A stretch of 64,000 nt of DNA from Macrostomum hystrix (Eukaryota > Animalia > Platyhelminthes): NCBI GenBank assembly GCA_950097015.1, contig CATNEN010000032.1, forward strand, positions 1,984,001 to 2,048,000, in the 5' to 3' direction. How positions within the stretch are numbered: the stretch's first letter is position 1; each line of letters starts with the position of its first letter. A program made the translations under genes and the position numbers. Below are positions 53,301 through 64,000 of the stretch, piece by piece. The notes below the pieces were generated by a model, which did no database searches, was not told where the DNA came from, and saw only the letters and a program-made list of their open reading frames with translations.

Positions 53301-56300
53301 ATTCAACGCTGGGATATCTTCTCAGATGAACCCACTGGCCCAAAGGTGCGTCTTACCAAGGCAGACCTCGAGAACTTCGTGTCTGACGTCACGGTGTTGG
53401 CACTGGGCATTGACGGGAACGGAGAAATTGTGGCCTCTGTGGCCAAACACGCAGCATCGCGTCTTGGAGGGCAGGTGAGCTTCGTCTTGAAAAATCTTCA
53501 TGCTGATATCCGTTGAACTATTTCATTATCAATACACAAGCCTCAAATGCGCTCAAACCAGGTGGGACTGTCATCGAACCTAACAGAAAACAGAGGCCAG
53601 CCGCAGCAGGGCGCCAGCGTCTCGGTTCAGAGTACACCAGACACGTTCGTGTTCCTGACTGGCATCGATGCGTCCGTTAACCTTCTGGCCACAGGTCAAG
53701 ACATTCTGCAGGGCACGCTGGCTGAGAGGTACAACTCCAAGATTGGCGGCAGTCGCTACTGGCCGAGGCCGCAGAGGCTCACAACGGCCCGGATACTGCA
53801 GGTGACGGGCGTCAGGAAAAATTGATGACCGATTGGGATCAGAATGGCCAATTGGGAGTGGGATCAGACTGAAGAAACTGGGAGTGGGATCAGACTGACG
53901 AACTGAGAGTGGGATCATACTGAAGAAACTGGGAGTGGGATCAAACTGACGAACTGGGAGTGGAGTCAGAATGACGCGACGAGAGTTTAAAATCAAATAA
54001 TGTGCATGAAAAACCTTACTTTTGTTTCATTCAGGAAACCGGACTAGTAGTGCTTAGCGACGGCTTTTATTATACAGGTAAGACCGATTTTTTATGTTTG
54101 AGTTTCAGTGGACAAAGTTGCAATGAAACCAATGAAGTATTTCTAAGAAACAATTCTGACTAAATACGCTCAGACAATGGCGGCATGGACTACATGTATA
54201 GGGAGACGAGTGCCCGGATGATGGGCACCGATATGGTGGCAGCACCGCCCATGGCCATGCGAAGGAAGAACAGCGCCAACGGAGGCGGTGGCAAGACGCA
54301 GGTGCGAAAATTCTTCCCCGAAACCATGATCTGGACGGTGGTGAAGACAGAGTGAGTGTCGTTTACTTTCTGCAGAGCTTTGCTCAGTTTGTAACAAATG
54401 CGAGCTTATACGAAGTGTTTCTCACCACAGCTCTAAGGGTCGCGCCAGCCACGCTTTCCGCCTGCCGGATACCATCACCTCCTGGCACGTCACCGGCTTC
54501 GGAGTTGCAGCCGACCGTCAGCTCCAAACCATGGACGCCGCCTTCAAGCTTACTACCTTCAAGAACTTCTTCATCCGGCCGGTGCTGCCCTACTCGCTGG
54601 TGCGTGGCGAACAATTCCTGCTGAAGGTGCTCGTCTTCAACTACCGACCCGTAGCTGGCAGCGTCCAAGTCTCAGTGAACATCAGTCTTCCAGCAGCTGA
54701 GCTGCCACCGGTGACTGTGCCCCTGCAGGCTAATTCTACAGGCTTGGCCGTGTTCGAGATGACCCCTCAGCGCCTGCCTAGTCTGGATCTGAACATTCGC
54801 GCCACCTGGACTGGGGAATCTGATTCGGAAACCGACGTCGTGGTTAAGTCGATCATCGTTGTGCCGGAGGGCAAAACACTTTATCGTTCTCGCTCTGTGC
54901 TGCTAACACCGCCGAGCCAAAACTCTGATAGCAGCCAACAGCAAGTCGCCATTGACTTCCCGCCGGCAAATTCATCGGACCTAGTTTCCGGATCAGAGGT
55001 TTTCAGCTACAGCTTCATCGGTGACGTCACCGGCCCTGCCATGCAGAACATTGGCAGCCTGCTTCGTCTGCCCAGCGGCTGCGGCGAACAGAACATGGTG
55101 AACTTTGCTCCTGCAGTCTTTATCTGGGAGTATCTCACCACAACGCGGCAGGACACTGACTCGGTGCTGCGCGAGAAGGCTATTCAAGTGATGAAGGTCG
55201 GTCTGCAACGCCAGCTTACCTACAAACGTCTGGACGGCTCCTACAGCGCATTTGGCGATCAAGACGAAGCCGGTAGCACCTGGCTAACTGCCTTTGTGCT
55301 GAGCATCTACTCCCGGGCAGCAGCTTTCATCACAGTGGGACCGGACTCGCTGACTGGTGAGTCGGTGAGGTTCCTGCTGAACAGTCAGGGCGTCAACGGT
55401 CAGTTTTTGGAGGCACCTGGTGCGCGGATATTGGATCCTGGCCTTCAGGGCAGTTCCGGCGAAGCCTCGATCGGCCTGACAGCGTATACCTGCCTCGCCC
55501 TGCTTGACGTCGAAGAAGCTGCTATTCGCTGGCCTCAGCTGCAGTCCACAATTTGGAAGGACACCGACATCCGAGGCGGTATCACCAAGTGCCTTTGGTT
55601 TGTCAAGTCTGCGTTCGATACCGAGCCGAGTTCCTTCAGCTCCTACGATGTGGCCCTGTCGGCCTACCTGCTGCGCCGAGCTCAGAACTCGAAAACTTAT
55701 CGGCAGGCTTCACTGGAGCGTGGGCTCACGGCGTTGACGACAGCGCTCGCCGCCCAAGCGGAGACTGCTCCAAATGGGGGTGGCAAGTACTGGAAAACCT
55801 CCAACAGATGGGGCTGGCGCCGCGGCTCCGTGGAGGCCACCAGCTGGGCGCTTCTCGGCTACTCCATGGTGCCCGACAGCACAAACGATTGCCTGCAGAT
55901 CCTACGCTGGCTGAGCGACCAGCAGACCAGCTTGGGCGGCTTCAGTGGCAGTCAGGACACAGTGATGGGCATCCGAGCTATCGCCAACTTTGCTGCCCTG
56001 TCCGGCCTGACAAGAGGAGACGCCAGCGTAGAACTGCAGTTTGGCGAGCACACCCTGGGGCACATTGTGCAAGACAGCCGACGAAGAGTTCTACAAGAGG
56101 TGCCGATACCATTAATTCGTTGTTACATCTGTTAGCTTTGAGAATCCTTCAAAATGTCATTCTAGCTCCATTTATCTATAAATTTAATATCCCAATTGTG
56201 AAAGCCCACCTTATCTCCCAATATTTAGATAGTAAATGATAGCTGTACAAGGCTTACACACTGTACACATATTTCAAATAACCTGAATTGTCACCACACG

Positions 56301-57168
56301 GTGCAAAAGTTCCCATGCTTGACTCCACACCAACCCTTAAAAACTGCTATTCTCTCTCTAGTCCGATCCGTTGCGGGGCGATCTTGCCCGAGTTGGCACC
56401 CTGCAAGTCCGCCACACCGGCTCGGGCACTGGCTTCGCACTGGCCAAGCTGAACTGGCAGTACAACGTTCTGGACAACCGTCCGCTTACGGCGTCTGAGT
56501 GGAAGACCTCCAATGGACTGAGCATTCGCCTTGGCCTGATGCTGCCTCAGCAACAGCCAAATGGGAAGCATAGTCTGGCGATATGCGCCAAGTCAAACAC
56601 CAGCGTCACCGGCGAGGGTATGCTTATCCTGCGCGTCACCAATCCAAGCGGCTACTCGGCTAGCCAGCTGCCGGAGACTGCCCGCGTGAACGGCCTCAAG
56701 CGGGTCGAGGCTGGCTCGCAGGAGATCGTCATGTACTTCGACTATGTGAGTGTACTTTGGACTCTTTTTTTACCGCGTTTTTAATTGGAACACGAGAGGT
56801 TTAGTTAATAGCCAAAGTTTTCAGAGCTAAGACGCACAGACAACGCTATTTCGGATGTGATATCCAGAGAAGCACAGCTTTGATTTTAACCTCCCCAATA
56901 ATTTCCTTAAAACCCGCAGCTCCCGACAGACGGCTCCTGTGTGACGATCGTGTGGAGCCGCGACGTTCCCGTGCTGAAGCTCAGCCCGCAGCTCATCAGC
57001 TTGCAGATGTACTATAACTCTGATCGGATCGTCACCGCGTCTTACCTGGCGCCACAGCTGGAGGAGCTGACCAGGTGCCTGGCCTGCCCCGAGTGTCCGG
57101 ACTGCGCCTCTTCGACCGCTGCACCCAAGGCACCGAAGGCGGACGCCTGGCTCGCCTGGTTTGTCTGA
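50367..57168 (+). CDS. TEP: Thioester-containing protein (alpha-2-macroglobulin family, iTEP/CD109-like), ~1515 aa, 15 exons
   Basis: Exons: 50367-50494 (signal peptide), 50723-50951, 51248-51481 (IQTDKAIYKPGQLVKFR), 51721-52237 (VRQYVLPKF), 52316-52428, 52507-52710, 52801-52923, 53002-53046, 53283-53474, 53562-53801, 54035-54077, 54174-54351 (bait region, VRKFFPETMIW), 54431-56099 (PDTITSW; thioester GCGEQ at 55077-55091; YKRLDGSYSAFG; STWLTAFV; GGFSGSQDTV), 56362-56745 and 56920-57168 (CLACPECPDC tail). The total of 4548 nt is in frame. AATAAA at 57266. Confidence 0.95.
53830..53965. repeat. ~26-bp minisatellite (TGGGAGTGGGATCAGACTGAAGAAAC, ~5 copies) in a TEP intron
   Basis: Direct repeats. 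It is the only minisatellite seen beyond about 43.1 kb. Confidence 0.85.
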
Positions 57169-58067
57169 GCTAGAAAAAGACTCCGATAAGACAAATTCTC
57201 AGCCCGCTTGAGATAAATTAACGCTAAAAAGCCATTGGCTATGACAAGCGTCTTCGTCGATTTGAAATAAAAATTCATTTCTACTTTGGCTTATATAATT
57301 GTTAAACTGTTTTGACGCTGCTTCAATAACGAGCACTTAATTCCTGTTACCATTAGCCTCCTTAACCGCGTGATCACTGGTTTGCCATCACAATCAGCAC
57401 ACAATATATGCAATATTCTATTCCCGTTTTTTAACTTTGCACGTTCAAATCGTTGTGAACTTTTTGAATAGTGAAATTAGTTTTTTGCTGGGTCCTGCAA
57501 ATGATTCATATAATGTAAATATTCATACCTAACCCTAACTAATACAAGGGAAAAGCGATACTAGGAATAGAACAGCAAAGATGGAACAGCAAGCTAGATT
57601 AGAGAACAGGGGTAGAGACTTCATGATAAAGATGGCTGTCTGTTGTTGATAAAAGGGCCTCGACCAAACAGGTCTGCAGGTCAGCACCATCTCGGGGCCC
57701 TTCAGCGATAAAAGAGGCAGGTGTATTTGATTTAAATCAGGATAAAACATTTAACATTTACGAGCTCGTAGCAACTAGCCAACACGTTGCCGATATGAGT
57801 GATATTTCGACACGCCCATGCAAGTGGCTCATGGGGCCCAGGCTAAGGGATGTTTGCAATGGGAGAAAGACAAAAATTGACATCTTCAAGACAAAAAATC
57901 GCAAACTTGTACTGCAGAAAACGTTCTAATTTTTCGCCTATATGACAAATTTATTTGTTTATTCGATAGGTATTGATATTTTCTACCGGGTAAGCTATCA
58001 TCTCGCTAAAATCGGGCAATTAATAAAAAAAGTTTTCTGCAACACAGTTTTCTATGTTCGTGCACTA

Positions 58068-58515
58068 CTACGAGACAATTTTCGTTTTCCTTTTTGCATT
58101 ACTGCTAATATGCACTATTTTTGACGTGTAGTTAGTGAATTGAGTTTTGACATGCTCAGTAAGTGCCAGGTTAGTGTCCAACTTTTTGTCGAGGAACTTG
58201 AGTACTCGAAGATCACAGTCTAGAATTTTCACAGGACCCTTCCCTGGGTTTTCTGTGATTGAACTGTATGGCGTTGCTTTTGTCAGCATTAATTTTTAGT
58301 CCCTGCACTATTTGTGGACTTCGGGCAGGTGGATTTGCAGATTCTAATCCAAGAGGCTGTCTATAGCCAAACCTATGGCGGTACTCGGAGTCCACACCGG
58401 ATACATCGGCCCGCACGATGGGTTGCATAGTTTGCAGAATCGATAAAAACTGACAGAAAAATAGCTGAAACCTGAGTAGCTTCAAACTAGGGAAGACAGT
58501 CGCACGACAATACAA
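58068..58515 (-). mobile_element. Degenerate non-LTR retrotransposon (LINE) reverse-transcriptase C-terminal fragment
   Basis: Two overlapping frames give GLKINADKSNAIQF, then after a frameshift VKILDCDLRVLKFL..KLDTNLALTEHVK. This resembles the LINE RT thumb pattern GLxINxxKT...KYLG..LD..L.F..HV. Confidence 0.5.
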
Positions 58516-59568
58516 TGCAGCTCAAATGGAGCAACGCTTCGTCTGTAAAATACCAAAGAGAATAGCTTAGATATCCATGTATACAATGGTATGCTACAGT
58601 GAAGAATACAATTCAGGACAAAAAACTGCCAGAAACGCTTCAAACACGCGCCTTTTTCGACGTGTACCGTCGGTTCGTCGGTTTTTAATCACATAGAATT
58701 ACCTTCCCTCCTGTCCCCCCAGTGCAAATCCAAAACGCGTCAAAAGCGACTCAGATATGACGCAAACACTTCATTTACGATTCTAGTGCAAAGTCAACTG
58801 CACGTTTTCCTTGGTTAAGACGTTCGATGAAGCCAAGCTCTACGAGCTCAAACTTCGGGCTTCAGTGATTTGCCTGTCATCTTGTGCCTTTAAGTAGTTA
58901 GATTATGTTTTGCCGTTAGAAATGCGAAAAATGAGTTTTATCTGGGACTTTCTTTTAAAATTTAAACAGAAATTTGAAACTTTCAAAATTTTGCTTTGGG
59001 TAATAAACACGGGCGAAGAAGCAAAGAAGAGCTTATTAAACACGTTAAACCAGGCTTGAGGTCCTTTATATGATTATCAAACCAGAGACAAAGGAGGTAC
59101 ATACGTAAATTTCTTCCCATTTTTTCTTTCCAAGCCATTTTCGAATAAAATCTAATTCATTCAAATAAAAAACATATATAAGAAGAAAATGTACGAAAAT
59201 AATTCATTCTATGAGCCATCCTGCAGTTCTCAGACTCATGATAAAACATTTCATACTTTTGGCTCACTAAAATCGATGTCATTGTGAGCGATAGCAGGAA
59301 GCAGGAAGTAGGAGCAGGAAGCTCTTCGGACGCTAAAATGTAGCAGTTGCATCAACGTAGCCGTGCTAAGCTTTCATATTTATGCAATGAGAAACTTGCC
59401 TACTCTCCTGAGGAATAAAACTAACTACTGTTGAGTTAAAGCTAACGCGTCCAAAGAAATTCTGTCTATAAATTACCGCGCCAAGATTTCAGGTGTGAAA
59501 AAGGAACACAGCACAAGCGCTATAAAGTCTTTCAGGTCGAGATTAACTGAAAAAATTCTTTAACGACG

Positions 59569-60333
59569 ATGCAACTGTGTACAGAATTTTTGCTGCTCTT
59601 GTTGGTCTGGACTGTCACAACGGATTCTTGCAGCACACCGACGGCCAAGTTTTACGCAATCACCGGCGTCGATTGTGTTGGCTCAAACTTCTTTAAAGTT
59701 GAGTCAGGTCTATGCACAGTATTCCACTGCAGCATTCACTGTGCTAATACGGAAATGTGCAAGGCTTTCACCATAATGACGAATGATACATGTCAGTGCA
59801 AGCTGTTCCTGTTCGATGCGTGCAGTCACCGAGTGCAGTCTGTGTTGAACTGCACCAATCAGGTCACTGTGTACGTGAGGTCCCTGCCTGGAGTGCCTCA
59901 TGGTCGCCTGTGTCCCCCGGAATTCGGTCTCACAAAGTACGGAACGTCGTACAAAGTGACCAGTACCACTCTAAGTTGGAGCGCTGCTAACTTGGCATGT
60001 AATGCGCTGCCAGGACTGTCAAAATTCGCTGACGCAATCGATCAGGAAGAGGCCGAGTACCTTAGATTCCTGAGCCAGCCAGCGGCCAGCTCAATAGAGT
60101 ACTTCATTGGCGGCTATCTGAAGAGCGGACAGGCTGCAACTTCCTACTCGAGCTGGCTGTGGGCTGCCTGCAACTTGCCAATAGCCGCCAGGGTCTGGCA
60201 CTCAGGCGAGCCGAATGGGGGCACCCAGACGGGATGCACCAACCTCAACATTGCATACTCCAGTGGTGGCATCAACGATGCTGGCTGCTTTAGCGAACAG
60301 AGATACGTCTGCGAGTGCCAGTCCGTGTTTTGA
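59569..60333 (+). CDS. Secreted single-exon lectin: signal peptide + PAN/apple-like domain + C-type lectin domain with EPN motif, 254 aa
   Basis: MQLCTEFLLLLLVWTVTT signal. The N-domain CSIHCANTEMCKAFT...CQCKLF is PAN-like. The CTLD shows SWSAANLAC, YFIGG, WLW, WHSGEPNGG, C, INDAGC and RYVCEC. TATAAA at 59521 and AATAAA at 60518. Confidence 0.9.
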   Translation: MQLCTEFLLLLLVWTVTTDSCSTPTAKFYAITGVDCVGSNFFKVESGLCTVFHCSIHCANTEMCKAFTIMTNDTCQCKLFLFDACSHRVQSVLNCTNQVTVYVRSLPGVPHGRLCPPEFGLTKYGTSYKVTSTTLSWSAANLACNALPGLSKFADAIDQEEAEYLRFLSQPAASSIEYFIGGYLKSGQAATSYSSWLWAACNLPIAARVWHSGEPNGGTQTGCTNLNIAYSSGGINDAGCFSEQRYVCECQSVF

Positions 60334-61299
60334 GCTGAAGCCGAGCTCGTGGCCAGTGCTGGGTAGATAAGGATCGGAGGACAGCAACACAGAAGCAAAA
60401 GAAGTATAGAAATAGTATGTACGCTTCTATCAAAACTTGCGCAATATGAACTTACGACAGAAAATTTACTTTCCTTTAATAGACACGCTGTTAGTTGTAC
60501 TTCGCTGTTCAATCGACAATAAAATTTGCGCAATTTAAAAGCCTACATTTCATAAATGCCGCTTTGTCCATTGAAAACACAGTGCTCAGAGACAAACATA
60601 TCCTGTCTAAATCAAGTTCCTCGTGAAAGTCAAGATTTTCGTGAAAGTCCACCATATGGATGAAAATTTTCCGCCCTTTACGATGAACTAACTTTCAAAG
60701 CCGTCCGAGTCAGCATCGACGAGATATTCATCGATTCTTGTCGGAGACCCTGGTGACAAGAGCAACGAACAAGTAATATAGATCGATATAAATCTTAATG
60801 GCGAATCCATATTATAAAAAAATTTCAATTTTATCGATCTACAATATTCAAAAATGGTAGCCGATATGGTTACATAATGAAATTTTGTGAGCAGAAAAAT
60901 TATGCCGATATTGGTGATTTTTGCCACCAGTCGCCCCGACTAGAATAGTTGAATATCTCGAAGATGTTTTGTGTTTCTGGAGGTTTTTTCATCGGGTAGA
61001 GCGGTTGAATATTTTGGGAGATACAGAAAAAGAAAAATAAGGATATGGTTTCTTTTATCCCACAAAATAAAATGTATGTCAATAACCTTCTGGAACCTGA
61101 CTTTATTGTGGTTTAATTGATTTTTTCATCACGAAAAATGGGGACTTTAAATACGCTCGTAAAAACATTTTTTCTCGAAAAATGTTGCTTTAAACAGAAT
61201 AAATGGAGAACTGCTGGAACTAGCTGGAACTAGCTCGCGGTGCCTGTTATCTGGTGTGAAGTGCCGTTCTGTCAAACACAAATCAGTTTTTAGTGCGTC

Positions 61300-62783
61300 C
61301 TAGAGCTGAATCATCATCCGAATCTCTCGCAGAGTCCTGTAAGGTTCCTCTGGCGATACAAACGCGCAGGACATGTACTCTGGCGAGTGCCGTTCAATTT
61401 TGGAGTACAGCCCGTTCGGTGAAAACGTAGTGCAGTCGCTGAACCAAAACCCCGCATGGCCATACTCACTCGAGCAGGACTTACCGTAGCGATCATTATC
61501 TCTGTCGTAGGTTGAGAATGGCATGCCACGGAATGCTGACAATGCGTCTCCGCTGATATTTGATTTGTCAGTTAAGTAGTCCAGGTAGCTCATGGCATAG
61601 TTCGCAGATGATACGTCCACTCTGAAGCCGGACCATTCGGCTGTGAAACTTTCACCATCAAGGGCGACCAATTCAATGCGCAGAGCAGAACCTCCATCTC
61701 GTACTGATGTCAGAATGTTCAGTGCTCGAAGACCTGAAAATATATTTAAGTAATTTTTCATCTTTAAGGAAAATACTGCTTTTATTCCTTTTGGCAAAAA
61801 GGCTTCCACACAAAATACACGATTGTGCATGAATTCACTCAAAAGAATCGATTGGATAAGAAGAATCCTACGAAGGACCCCTCGTAGAGGTACTAGGAGT
61901 ACAAGTCTACAAGTGGTCCTTGAATATCAGACACTAATACGCTCGTACTATTCATATTCAGTTTAGACGAATCAGAACGAATTACTCGTAGAAATTAAAA
62001 GTTAACTTTAACAGCTTGCGAGGCTTTCGACAGATGTTTCTACTGTTAAAAGAGATTCGTCAAACCATGTTCTGGTCTATTTTCAAATATTAGTGCTAGC
62101 TGAAGCTTTCCAGAAATCAACTGAGTGTCAGAACATACGCTGCTCACTTCCCAAAGCAACTCACCACTCCAGAATTCGGTATCATCCCCGAAGCCAGCTT
62201 CGTACTCCGTCCAGGACCTGCTGAAGTTGACCCTGCCTGCCGTTCGCTGTTGGAACACCCAGAAGCGCCGGTCGCCCATAGCACGCTCGTAGCCGAGAGG
62301 CGGCAGCGGAATGTTTCCTAGTGATTGTACGGACATAATACTAAACAGTGGAATCTATGAGTTAAAAGCTGCTAGTCAAACGGATGACTACTGTCTGTAT
62401 TTACCATTCTTGCTGATCGTGTCAAGCCGAATGAAAACTTGCCGGTCGTAACATAGCGAATCCTGCAGAAGTCTACATTCGCCGCTTGAAGCGAAGAAGC
62501 TGAAAGCCACCCAGCTGGAGCCTGCCTCGACGGAGGCGCTCAGCAGGGCGCACTCAAGTTGGCTGCGAGCTGCGGTGCTCACAACAACAGCTTTGGATGC
62601 ATTGCAGGCGGCACTGATCAGAGCAGCTTGCTTCTCTGCGAAGAATAACTCTGCGGCAGACAAGTTGAAGGCTAATTGCTAGTTAAAACTGACTGGAACC
62701 TACCGAGCAACAGGTGTCACAGAATGCTTACCTTTTACTACCGCAGCGGAACAGACGCTTTTGAATGTAACAATTAGCAGCAT
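61300..62783 (-). CDS. Secreted fibrinogen-related protein (FReD) with an N-terminal PAN/apple-like domain, ~301 aa, 4 exons
   Basis: Exons are 62783-62732 (signal), 62671-62405 (SQLECALL...WVAFSFFASSGECRLL), 62317-62165 (FWVFQQRTAGRVNFSRSWTEYEAGFGDDTEFWSG) and 61733-61300 (LRIEL...F.V...NY...FSTYDRDND...C...GFWFSDC..FSPNGLY). All introns are phase 1 and the total is 906 nt. Minus-strand AATAAA at 61102-61107. Confidence 0.88.
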
Positions 62784-64000
62784 AGGGCTGGTGAGAATAT
62801 ATAAATACAAGCAATGGGCAACGCGGGATTTCATGTTGCAAAATAAATCAAGCTTACAATCAGCCCACTGAACTGTTTAGCTTGCTTCACTTAAATCAAA
62901 TCGCCTTCCAGTCAGTCGTTTATATTGAAAGTTTCGTCTGCTTGCAAAGTTGGGAACACCAAGATTACATTAATCATCTTTGGAAGAACTGCGTGCTAAG
63001 ATGAGAGCCTCAAAATCTGCATTCCACAAGAAACCTGCTCAAAAATGCAGCATGGACGGACCCAGGGAATGCTATGTCAAACCGGCGATTATTTCGGATT
63101 GCAGATGAAAATTGTCGATTAAAAAGTATGACAAATAGAGATGCCGCATGGGACTAATTTTTTAAGTCTCCTACCCCCTAAGCATATTAAGCTTCCCAAA
63201 TAGCTGAGAATCAGTTTTCTTTTAAAGATTTGGTAAATATGCAATCAACTCGCTTTTGCTGCAACATGCTTTCAAGAACGACCGCACAATATACACAGAA
63301 AAATACCTTATTTTGCTGGATTGGACATTGGGGAGTCTTGACTTTGGCGAGATCAAACGATTCTATAATTGCTTGATTGAACACATGAAACCTTTTAGGT
63401 TTGCAAACAGATGAAACTTTTACACAGCTTGCACAGCTTGTCCGCACCGACATTTTGAGTCCAAAGTAAGAAAAAATCCAAAGATAAGCTCACCAATCTT
63501 GGATAAAAGCGCTCAAAGACTTCCAAACTGAGGGACTTAAGTTACTTAAGTTGTTGTTTCTCAAATAGACGCATGGGCAGTTTCGAACTACGAATCTTGG
63601 GTGATAATTTTACTTGTAAAATCCAACACGCAGTAATGTTGCTTATCGTTGTTGTTTTGACAATGTGCTCAGGAGCATTGGGAATCAGCGACCATCAAGG
63701 TAAATTTGACCACAGTGGCTTGGATGATTCTGCGCATCACTGACTCCTAAGTCCCATTAAGTGCCAGAACCATTATTAAGAAAACAAGAAAAACACAAGA
63801 AACGCTACAGTCTTAGAAAACTAAAGCAGATTCAAATTTTTCGTTAGAACTCCTCGCATTTCCACTAAAAAAACACAGTAATATACTCGAGCTTTTCAAC
63901 CGTCACCGGAAGCGAATGCTGCAACGAACTGAAGGACACAACAGCAGCTGACAGCCGGTCTGAATGCGCATTGATCTGCACGCTCAGACAGGGTGTCTGC

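Overview
This is eukaryotic (metazoan) genomic DNA, inferred to be from a flatworm. It carries an EF-hand + dynein-light-chain TAL-type gene, and the GC-rich exons among minisatellite-filled introns fit a Macrostomum-like free-living species (inference, not verified). There are two domains. (1) About 0-43 kb is satellite-dense and holds a complete 12-exon TALE homeobox Meis/homothorax gene (minus, 21634-37527), an unidentified 3-exon polyQ/polyP gene with a possibly BEN-like C-terminal domain (minus, 217-3618), and an 8.4-kb (GAGAGT/GGGAGT)n satellite with a 3719-bp higher-order duplication. (2) About 43-64 kb is compact and almost satellite-free. It holds a TAL-like gene, an intronless class I PLP aminotransferase, and a candidate innate-immune cluster: a 15-exon thioester protein (GCGEQ), a PAN + C-type lectin (EPN) and a PAN + fibrinogen-related protein. 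Exon models were built by hand from GT-AG junctions and reading-frame continuity. No rRNA, intact tRNA or CRISPR array was found. The very long ORFs in the supplied track are repeat artefacts.
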